57,336 nt of DNA from NCBI GenBank assembly GCA_010909165.1, contig VJWM01000334.1:1-57336 (forward strand), given 5' to 3'. This document shows, in pieces, positions 47,201 through 57,336 of the stretch (positions are counted from its first letter, which is position 1; each line of letters starts with the position of its first letter). The position numbers and the translations under genes are program-made. The notes beneath the pieces are model-generated. The model did not search any database, was not told where the DNA came from, and was given only the letters and a program-made list of their open reading frames with translations. The stretch is from Anthoceros angustus (taxonomy: Eukaryota > Plantae > Anthocerotophyta).

Positions 47201-50200
47201 CGACAACTTCACGGATGCTTTGATCCAAGCTTTGGATAGCATGGTGACTGCGGCTCACAATCGTGGAATTGGGATCAATCAATCGCCAGTCATCACAATC
47301 GCCAACAAAGGAGATTGCGGAAAGATCAGCGTTCGGTTTTCTGCGATTCCCAGCCCAATTCTCACCTTGCAGGACATCCTCAAGGTGCCATAAAGAAGCA
47401 AGCACGTCTCTCGGAAGGATTTGTCCGGCGGCCTCAATTGCTGGAGGGGGAGGCGGCGATTTGATCGTCACGAATTTCCCCATCGCACTGTCGAGGGAGA
47501 GGCGCCCGATTCAATCAGCCGACAGCGCCCCATCGGTCAGTCGAGATTCGAAGGTGGCCCAGTTCCTCAACCACGGATTTCCGGCCGGTCGTGGCGTCGC
47601 GACAGCGGCGACCACAGCGTGCGGTCGCGTCAGCGGCCGCCCGGCAGCGCCCAGCGGTGCCGCCAGCGGCGTTATAACAAGTTGGGCAAGCTCAGGTGGG
47701 CCCTCGCAGTGCCCTTAAATTGGCGCTGCCATGCGATGCCCGACGGGCTGCCACCCGTTGGGTTAACGGGGCGCCCGTTCAGCGAGCGTGTGCGCTCATG
47801 ACAGGCGTGACCCCGTCACCTCAGCGGGCTCATTGTTTTCTTTCGCTCCTGTTAATTGTTTTCGGGCTCTCTTCCATTAGTGGCGATTTTGGTGGCGATC
47901 CTTCTCAACTCCGACGGCTCTTGGCTATGCGAAGTGTGCCTCCTACACACGATTTCAACACTGGGACATCGTCAATACCTGCCGTCATAGCTGTTAAGGA
48001 GGAACCAAGACCGTCCTCTCCTGCTTTCGAGACTTTGGAAGCTGCCTACAAGGAGTTCAAGTACAACGAGGCCCAAGCCGAAGCTACTGCACCAGAGCAA
48101 CGCTCTCTCCATTATCAAAATCTTTGGCAGTCGATCACCCACATCAACACTAATCTTGTGAATGTTCTTTGGATTGACGCATTGAGTCCGCTTTGATAGC
48201 GAGTGCTCGGAAAACAATTTTGGAGCACGGGATCCGGTGATGCGTGTAGGTGGCTGGTGTGAGTGTGTTTGCTTTGAACTCTCTGGAAAATTTTTGCTCA
48301 CACTACACTTGTGTTTTGAGCCTTGTGTCAACAGCTGCTTTCGTTTACACAATTGTGGAGCCAAGGATTTGACCATGTCGAGGAGCACTCCACCACCGCC
48401 ACCTCCGCCATCTCGGCTCTGTAATTAATGTTATGAGCGTCTCTCGACTTCAAAGAGAGATAGGTTCAGCGGGACCAAATATGAGATTTGGTCTCGGCGG
48501 ATGAAAACGGCTCTCAACACGCGATCTTCTCCCCGGTGGAGGTGTTTCCCAAAGCCTACCGCACCTCGATTCGGCGATTGATGCGTGGCTCAAGTTGGAT
48601 CGTCAAGCCATGCAAATGCTGGTTTCGGCCTTGCGAAACCATCACCGGCAGTGCGTCTACTTCAGGCTTGAAGCGGATCAATGACATCTATCGATCAGCG
48701 AATGTGATGACCTTGGTCACCGTCAGGCAAGAGTTTTACACTCTTCGGATGCAACAAGGTGATAGTATTGCCCATCACGTGAGCGATTCGGTACCTTGGG
48801 CACAATTGCTGCACTCGGGACTACAATGTCGAATTTGATCTTTGCATCGACACGGCTAGCCTTCCGGCTAGTTATCGATCGTTCGTCTCTTCCCAAAACC
48901 GATCGGTCCGGACTTCAGCAGCGGGCGGTGGTGGACAATCCACCTAAGCGTATAAGCTTCTTTGGCGCACTCCTTGAGGAGGCATCCCGCTTCAACTCGG
49001 CACATCTAAACATGGTGGAGGCGGTGATGTTTGTGACTCGAGGGGCGGTCACAAAATCAACAACGAAGAGAATAACCCGGAGAAACAACAACTCCGGCCC
49101 ATCAAAGGCTGCTCCTTCGCCCTCCTCCAAGCACACCAAAGCGTCAAGGGGCGTGCAATTGGTGTCGATCACCCGGCTTTGGGAGCGCTTGAGTGCAAGA
49201 AGCGGCCGGTGAGAAGCGTGAGATCAAGGCGCTAATCTTATCGTCTCCAAGGCCAAGAACCGGTCAAGTCGAGATTGCTTTAAGTGTGCTTGGTAGCAGT
49301 TCGGGACCTCACAGTTCTTTGGACTCATGACCCGCCCATATCTGCAGCTCAAGCACATGTTTACTTCTACGACAATGACACTCCACGTTTTGTCTTTGTT
49401 GGCGATGACTCCGGCCTTGCTATTCTTTGGAGTTGGTTCCTGACATTCTGCTTTGGAGGATGGTTCCTCCTTGTGCTAAATATAGTGCTCCACGTCCATG
49501 GATGGCTAGAATTTGATTTCCGTTCGCCAACACGCTAGATGGAGCTTTTGGTGGAGTTTGGACGTGAGGATTGTTTTCTCTATCGTTCCTCTCGGTAAGG
49601 CAAGTTAGCGGAGGCAGCCCAGCGATGATCTCTACATCTTCAGCACACTGTGTACACTACACTTCTGCGGTGGTAGCATCTTCTAAGGTTGTCTCACCAC
49701 AGGCTCCCTCCATCAGGAATGCCCTACTTTGGCACTTGTCGACTTGGGCACCTCAATCACCAAGCTCCTTGCCATGACTCAGCGGGACTTGTATCGAGAT
49801 AAGTTGCCCTCCTTGGCCAAGACACCACCTCTTTGTAGGCGTGTGTGCTGCATGGAGCTCTCCCTACTCTGGTCTTCACCTCATAGGGCTTCTCAGCCTT
49901 TGGAGTTAGTTCACGTAGACTTGTGTGGACCTCTCCCTGTTACTTCTTTAGGCAGAGCACGCCATTTTATGACGATATTGGATGATTATTCCTGCTACTC
50001 TTTTGCGTACCCGCTTCGTCTCAAGAGTGACTCCTTTGCCGTGTTCTCACCTTTTGTTTCTATGGCGAGTTACTGCGGATGCAAGCTACGGTGCATCGAG
50101 ATCCGACAATGCGGAGAACTCAGCAACCATCGATTCAAAGACTCTGAGGCGTGGGATCTTGAGACAATTCTTTTCCCTACGCCGAATGGCGTTCTTTAGA

Positions 50201-53200
50201 AGGCCAATGGCGATCTCATGGCCATGGCGCGAGCTATGTTAGCCCAGTCTCGCTTGCCTAAGTCTTTTTGGGCTGAGGCAGTCTCTACGGCAGCATACAT
50301 CAAGAACAGGTTGCTGACCAAGTCCGTTGTTGGCCGTACTCCTTTCGAGTGCTGGCATGGGTACAAGCCGTTGATCACCCATTTGCGCGTCTTTGGCTCT
50401 CCTGCTTATGCCTATGTCCCCTCCCAGCTCCGTGATAAGCTTTCTTCCCGAGCACGGAAGCTGGTGTTTGTGGGTTATGGTGAGGATCGCAAGGCGTACA
50501 AGTTGATTGACGTGGCTACTCGGACTCCTGTTTATGCTCGGACTGTCACTTTCGACGAGGCTAGCATTCTCTCCTCTGGTCCGCTTTTGGATGAGGATGA
50601 TGATGCAGCTTCTATCCCCAATAGTCCCCGCTCTACTGACGGCGATTCTGTTCACTTTGATTTAAGCCCTTCGTCTTTTCCTGCTGGTCTTCTGTCCACC
50701 CATGGCTCCTTTACCTCAAGCGATTCGGTTCTTCCGGTTCACCTTTCGAGAGGAATATGATCGGCCCATGGATGATGCACAAGGCGATTGCCTCTGGATT
50801 TGGGGACATACATCTTTGGAGAGGCTCAGACATTCCTTTACCGCCTCCATCACCCCGAGACAAGTCGTTGTTCACAGCGTAGGTACCCTACGTCGAGACT
50901 AAGACACCTGGAATGAGAAGCCATTTGACTTGGAGTTCAATCAAGCTGGTTATCTTGATCTTGATCCTAGCCTATTCTCTTGCTATGAGTTACATTGTTT
51001 TGAGGAGGAGATCCTCTCACACTTCAAGAAGCATATGCTAGACCTGAGGCTAACAAGTGGAAACTGGCTGTTGACGATGAGTATAACTCTTTAGTCAAGA
51101 ATAACACTTGGGCGTTAGTGGATCTACCCCCAGGAAGGACTACTGTCAAGTGCAAGTGGGTACTCAAAACAAAGTTTCAAGAGGTTGAGCCCCGCATACG
51201 TTATAAAGCGAGGCTAGTGGCCAAGGGCTATAGTCAGAAAGAGGGAGTCGACTATCAAGGCGATCAAGTCTACTCACACCGTCAAAGCGACTTCGATAAG
51301 GATGCTCCTTGCTTTATGTCTTGAACTTAACTTGGACATCTATCGGAGCGTTATCGACTTTCCTCTATGGTCACTTGGAAGAAGAGATCTACATGGATCA
51401 ACGAGGATTATGAGGATAAGAGATTCGCACAAGTGTGTAAACTCCTTCGTTCTATTTATGGGCTCAAACAAAGTCCTCGTGTGGTACAAGAGAATTGACT
51501 CTTATCTTAAGAAGATTGGCTTCGTGCAAAGCAGATACTAACTATGTGCTACAAAGGACAGCTCACTTGTTTTGATAGCGTTATCGTGGATGACTTAGTT
51601 ATCCCCAGTAACAATGTGGAGTTGGTTAACGGATCAAGTGATCTCGACAAGGAGTTTGAAATGAAAGATCGGGTCAAGTTAAATACATTCTTGGAATGCA
51701 CGTACACAAAGACACGTCCACTGGAGCAATCTACCTTCATCAAGGTCGATATGTAGCCGGGATGCTCAAGAGGTTCAACTTGGAGAATGCACGGCGGCTA
51801 CCACTCCAGTCTTTGTTGGTGTTAAGCTCTCCTCATCTTCTTGTCCGATCGGAAGGAAAAATGGAGAGTGTACCTTATCGTATGGCGGTTGGCACTCTCA
51901 TGTTTCTTAACAACTGGACAAGACCGGACATATCTAATCATGTGTCTGTTGCCCAATTCTCACGAGAACCCGGAAGGGATCAGGGTAGCACTTAAAGAAT
52001 TATCACGGTACCTCAAGGGTACTTCTAACTATGGTCTCTGCTACAAGCCTAGTGGCAAAAGGAGTCTACAATTGACTTGCTATGTCGATGCAGATTGGGC
52101 TTCCGATGCAGACACCCGAAAGAGTCTATCGGCTTATTGCTTCCTCGGGCTCCTTTGTTGTAAATTGGTCTTGTAGGAAACAAGCCTCAATATCTTTATC
52201 TTCCACGAGTCGAGTACAAAGCTCTCACGAAGCCACTAAGGAGGCAGTGGGAAAGGAAGTTATCGAAGACTTGGGTATGCAACAAGCGGGACCTCGCTTG
52301 TGATAATATATCGCCATATACGGTTTCTAACCCTGTGTTTCACGCCCGCACTAAGCACATTGACATTCAACATCATTATGTTAGAGATGCTCGAGAGGGC
52401 TTAGTGAAGATACGGTATGTATCAACAGATGATGTCTGGCCGATGTTACGGCAAGTCTCAAGTTTAAACACTTTTTTCCACGGAGAAGGGCTCGGACTTG
52501 TAGATTGTAGTAGCTATGTGACGCTAGACAAATCACTCATTTGGTGAGGCTTTCCATGTTTGTTCCATCATCTACGAAGATAACTTAAGTTGAAGACTTG
52601 CTTCTGCTCTGGTCATGACTGGTGCTCTACTGCGTGAGTTGCTGTCGACGACAGACTCAGCGTCAGCAGGTGCGACTAGAAGATGTGACAGCCGAGCCGA
52701 AGATGGTAGCCTTCAGTGGCAGTTTCTTTTAGTAGTGATCTCCTTTTCTTAGTTCGGAGCTCTCAGAACGGCAACGTGTCTGAGAGGGAGAGTTAGAAAT
52801 AATAGCAGACCACGTTGGTTCTGTACCAATATGGTTAGTCAGCTAGACCTAGGCGTTAGTATAGGTAGTTAGCTAGGCTAGCGAAAGGACACACCCTTAC
52901 GAGACCACCTATAAAAGCCCACCTATGAACACACTTGATTCATTGTTAATATAGCATCTTTGCTTGGGCTTCCATGCAATTCTAGCATATGCTGGTCAAG
53001 CAGAAGCGACCAGCAGTTGCAACTTCCGTATGAAAGCTGAATATCGGTCCTCACATCTGCTGCTAAAGAAATAGCTTGGTGCAAGCTAATGTTTAAGGCT
53101 GGATTGCCCTCCTACTTCACCACTATTAGAACCCAAACAACCAAGGATCCATGAACTTTGGCCAAGAACCACATTTTTCACTCCCTTTCAAGCACGTGGA

Positions 53201-54820
53201 AGTGGAATACCACTTCATTAGGGATCTTATCAAATCGGGTCGATTACAGAGTATATACCAGCAGAGACAATCAGATTTGTTCACAAAAGCCACGAGTAGG
53301 GGCCTTTACTTGAGCACATGAAAAGTTTGGGCATGGCGCCGAGGCTACCAGGAGGCCAAGCAAAACCAATCCTAACCTAGCCTATGAGCTAAAGCCGCAA
53401 TTTAATCATTCTTGGCCATCATCATATCATCATAGCTTGGGGAGGCGTAAAGGGACCTCCTACTCACGTTAGTAGAGTCTTAAGTCTTCTCCCAAGATGC
53501 ATGTCCGATGAAGTAGAGAGAATGTCTCACCACTGAGCGAGGGGTTTCTTTTCTTTCTCCTCGTAGGAGATCCTCTCCTTGGTGCCTGGCTCTCCTCCTC
53601 GTCTAGCGTTCCTCGGATCACAGTGAGGGGCGAGTGGGGCTGATTAGGAAAAGGTGGTGAATTCATGGCAGCGGACTGCGGGGTTTAGGAAAAATTGGCA
53701 AACTAAATGTGGCGAGAAGGATTACGCCCAAGCAGGAAGAGTAATACTTACTATAGAAGCTTATGATGTGGTCATCTAAAGCACAGGCCGATTCTGGACA
53801 CGGACTCTCACCATCTTGAGCTGTGACCAGCACACCAAATAAAGCACTGAGGCAGCACAACCCCGAGGTAACAATTTTCGTCTCCGACGACTCGTTCTTA
53901 AAGGCTCGGGAACTTGGGTCTGCGAGGAGGATGTGGCTCGCCGGATGAATACTTGAACTCACCCTTCTACTTTTGCACTGCGTCAAGCAAGCTCGAAAAT
54001 AATTGGCTTCTGGCTGGCGGGGTGCGAGGCGGCGGTGGGCTCCATCTCGCGGTCTTCTGCGGGGCTCTTGCTCCACTTGCTGCGGCTACTGCCCGCGCCG
54101 CTCCTCAAGCACCGGCGTTGTTGTTCCTTCCTTTCGGCACCCTAAGGCGGCAGTTCGCAGAAGACCCATTTGTGGGCTGCCGCTGAGTGGTTACTCCCTT
54201 TGCCTCGGCTCGGGAGATGGGCGGTCATTCTAACTTCTGACGCCAAACCTACCTAGAGCATCCCTCACAGTGAACCACGGCGCTTGGCGGTGAGGACAAG
54301 TCACGGACTCGGAAGATGAGACATCTTGCCTAGGAGCTTGGGATCTCGCTCTAGAAGGCATGAAAGAATGAACCCAGGAGCATTAAAGGCAAGCTAATAT
54401 GCTTATGGCACACATGTAAGGCCGCCTTCACCTGGTTTGTTCCATTCATTTCGGTTGAAATTTGCTGAGGTACATCAAATCTTGTACACACACACGCCTC
54501 AGCTCACACTTCTGATCACACGGTGCTTTCGCGGAGAAAAGGCTGTACACTATGCAATAATCAACAAGTGGGAGTATTGAAGATAGAGTGTTGAGTTGTA
54601 CTTATAGTTATTATATCTAGCTATCTAGTGTATGTGTGTATATAGCTTTAATTTGTTAGCTTACCCTTTCATTAGGGTTACGTCCTAGGCCAAGGTCATG
54701 TCTCTTGGCTACTAGAATAAGTCTAGTTGCTACAATCAATTTACTAATGCTTTCTTGTATTTCTACAATAATGTAATTGATAAATACTCAATTGGTTTGC
54801 ACCATTTCCATATTTCGTAA
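41262..54820 (+). mobile_element. Copia element E (host of nested F), with non-canonical TA...AA LTR termini
   Basis: LTRs at 41262-41511 and 54575-54820. TSD TTCAC (41257-41261, 54821-54825). PBS TGGTATCGAGC at 41512. PPT AAGTGGGAG at 54566-54574. gag about 42560-43400, INT about 44080-44900, RT about 45250-46250; RNase H is split at 46385/52992. Confidence 0.9.
46386..52986 (+). mobile_element. Copia element F nested in the RNase H of element E
   Basis: LTRs at 46386-46582 and 52791-52986. TSD (C)ATATG on both sides. PBS TGGTATCGAGCC at 46583. PPT GAGAGGGAG. Removing F restores GPICWSSR in the RNase H of E. INT VHVDLCGP/FWAEAVSTAAY (49729-50760), RT TTVKCKWV/YKARLVAKGYSQ (from 51118), RNase H HARTKHIDIQHH (from 52335). 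Confidence 0.9.
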
Positions 54821-55510
54821 TTCACGTTACTGCGGAAGGTTACGACTGCCTTCTGACCTCGTTCCAGCAGCCTCCGAGGATGGCTTCCGCCCGGTAGTCA
54901 CCCCAAGCGCCTCCTAATCTCCTTGGTGCACACGTTACTGCGAGAGTAAACCCGTGACTGCAACCTGACCTCGTTCCAGTGACCTCGAGGATGGCTTCCT
55001 TGACGTCACCCCAGCGCCTCCCTAATCCCCTCGGGCGCTTCACGTTACTGAGTGGCCGCCTGCAACCCCCGGCCTCGTTCAATGACCTCGGGGATGGCTT
55101 CCGTGGAGTCACCCCAAGCGCCTCCTAATCCCCTCAGCTGCTTCACGTTACTGCGAATGGCTTTCGGCACTGCAACCCCGACCTCCGTTCCGGCCTCAGG
55201 GGATGGCTTCCGCCCCAAGCGCCTCCCTAATCTCCCGGTGCACTTCCGTTAGCGGAGAAGTGGCTTGACAACCTGACCTCCGTTCCAGTGACCTCGGGGA
55301 TGGCTTCCGCCCAGTCACCCCAAGCGCCTCCCTAATCCCCTCGGGCGCTTCACGTTACTGAGTGGCCACCGCACTGCAACCCCGGCCTCGTTCAATGACC
55401 TCGGGGATGGCTTCCGCCAGGTCACCCCAAGCGCCTCCTAATCCCCTCCAGGGCTTCACGTTACTGGAGAAGCTTGGCCCAGCACCGCAACCCCTGACCT
55501 CCGTTCGGTA
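54821..55510. repeat. Tandem array of about 6.5 copies of a ~106-bp unit
   Basis: The CACGTTACT anchor recurs at 54823, 54931, 55041, 55144, about 55241 (variant), 55351 and 55457. Confidence 0.9.
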
Positions 55511-55894
55511 GCCTCCAAGGTTAGTCTAGCACGAAATCACCCCGAACACCTCCACAGGCTGGTCCGAGGCCAGTGCACCCATCAAGCGTGTTGGCGGGCT
55601 CGTCGCGAGCTCTAAACACATCCCTCTACCACCAATTAGTCACCTTGCGGTGGCGCGAACTCACCCGCTCCTCGAGCCGCGGGCGAAACACGGAGGCGCA
55701 AAGATGGTGCACGGGATGAATGCACTTGGTCTAGGCGCCGAGGCCTCCTTATACTCCCCTCACCTAGTCTAACCCCATGTATGTGTACCCTAACCACAGG
55801 TCGTAGTAGCCAAGGCAGTAGCTCATCATTCGCCGGACTTCTTCCACCAGTTGTTTCCCCACCAAGCAGCAGATCTGTTCCAGACTATGCTATC

Positions 55895-56150
55895 CGGACT
55901 AAGACGCCCGACCGGACTTACTCCGTCGAACGCCACCCGGACGGACTTACTCCGTCGGACCCCGCCCGGACGGACTTACTCCGTCGGACCCGCCCGGACG
56001 GACTTACTCCGTCGGACCCTGCCCGGACGGACTTACTCCGTCGGACCCCGCCCGGACGGACTTACTCCGTCGGACCCCGCCGGGACGGACTTACTCCGTC
56101 GGACCCCGCCCGGACGAACTTACTCCGTCGGACCCCGCCGGGACGGACTT
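55895..56150. repeat. Tandem array of about 8-9 copies of a 29-bp unit (CCGGACGGACTTACTCCGTCGGACCCCGC)
   Basis: Near-identical head-to-tail units with no spacers. Confidence 0.95.
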
Positions 56151-56289
56151 AGGGTCTAGGAATTGCACACTAAGTGCAATCTGGCCAAAAATGGCCTTAT
56201 TAGCTAACTCCGCCCTATCCCTACTAAGAAGTAACCACCAAAAAAAAAACTAATCCATTAAAACAAGCCGCGGTCATGAACCATAGGAT

Positions 56290-56710
56290 TGGCACTCCGA
56301 TTGGCAGGCGCAAGCGCTCAAACAAAGTTGCGGATGCTTAAGATGCTCCTCAAATGTATGTTGTAAGCGAGCACATCATCTCTCTCATTGCCGGATCACC
56401 GCAAACACGATGTCCATGGCCTTGAAAACATATTGGGCGTTCTTGTTAAAGGGCATGACAAGCCCTCCTAGAGTTGCCGGCTGCCATGAAATGCAGTCTT
56501 GGGGCGATCCTCTTCAGCCATCAGAATCTGGTTGAAGCCACCTCCAAGTCGAGTATGGAAATCGTGCTCCTCCTAAAATTGTCGAAAATCTCCTCTGGAA
56601 CAAGCATTGGGTATCTGTCTTGTGGTGTCCACGGCATTAAAGGGTCTATAATCACACATTCTCTTCTCGGTCCATAATCCGTTCTTTGTCCTTCTTATTT
56701 GGTAGAAACG
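56290..56710 (-). pseudogene. Gypsy reverse transcriptase fragment
   Basis: Across frames: LPNKKD, WTEKRMCDYRPFN, GGFNQILMAEEDRPKTAFHG, LVMPF, DDVLAY. Confidence 0.8.
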
Positions 56711-57336
56711 TCGTGCCGCGAAAGTCGGATGCAGAGATGCCGTGCTTCTTGAGAAGCTTGTGCATTCCTGCCGCGACATCGAGGCGCTCACCGCCGCGCG
56801 AGACGTTCCCGGAATGTTTGCGCAACGATACGAGGTAATCCGTTCCGCATCCTCGAGAGTCTCGGCGAGCGAAGCGTTCGCCTTTCCTCGCTGCCGGTCC
56901 GATTCCTCGGCTTTCCTGGGTCGAAGCGCCGCCGGAAGATCGCTCACCTCGATGCGATCGGTCTTCGCCAAAGCGAGACCCCGTTCGACGGCGTTTGAAG
57001 TTCCCGCACGTTTCCGGCCAAAGTGCGTTCGGAACCGCTCGAGCGTCTCGTCCGAGAAGCCTCGCACGACGCTGCCCGGCGGTCGTAGGGTCTCCAGGAA
57101 TCGCTCGGCGAGCAGGATCACGTCGTCTCCTCGTTCGCGCAGCGGCGGTAGTTCGACGTTGATGACGCTGAGACGATAGAACAGGTCGCGTCGAAAATCT
57201 TCCCGCGTCGACCTCCATCTGCAGATCGCGATTCGTGGCGCAGAGAAGCGCGTGTCGACGTGAACTTCCGACCGGCTGCCGATCGGGGTGAAGGCTTTTC
57301 CTGAACGACGCGCAGAAGCTTCGCCTGAAGCGATGC
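56710..57336 (-). CDS. Bacterial sigma-54-dependent enhancer-binding protein (NtrC family), C-terminal AAA+ region and Fis-type HTH; partial
   Basis: Across frames: [45 protein letters not shown], (W)PGNVRELQNAVERG, GNVSR...MHKLLKKHGI. The sequence is abruptly more GC-rich than the RT fragment. Confidence 0.9.

Noticed and set aside
160-54820. Treating the many frameshifts as evidence that all elements are ancient and dead
   Set aside because: Near-identical LTRs and abrupt switches between clean and indel-rich segments point to sequencing or consensus error as a major contributor.
55895-56150. Possible CRISPR array (29-bp palindromic repeats)
   Set aside because: Repeats are head-to-tail with no unique spacers, there are no cas genes, and the context is eukaryotic.

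Overview
Eukaryotic, repeat-rich window, most likely from a land plant. The evidence is tRNA-iMet-type PBSs, a CACTA end and a PLS-type PPR fragment; short-LTR copia elements and a PHD-bearing gypsy weakly suggest a non-seed plant. No intact host gene was found. Dense indels suggest a noisy long-read consensus, so frameshifts cannot be read as true pseudogenisation. Contents: five Ty1/copia elements (A 9506-12585, C 15570-22453, D 27419-34441, E 41262-54820, and F 46386-52986 nested in E; A, D, E and F have target-site duplications). There is also a Ty3/gypsy element with an integrase-PHD fusion (about 35731-40990, minus strand), a CACTA right end, two pieces of a DUF7869/Sola-like putative DDE transposase, tandem arrays, a PPR pseudogene fragment, and a bacterial NtrC-family gene fragment joined to a gypsy RT at the right edge. 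The top candidate novelty is a gene present in two homologous copies (about 3100-4420 minus; about 36900-38600 plus). It encodes a ParB-like motif followed by a beta-class DNA amino-methyltransferase (N6A/N4C-type fold) with an atypical D-V-P-R-G catalytic motif, and one copy lies tail-to-tail with the DUF7869 transposase. All domain calls come from motif recognition by eye; no database search was run.
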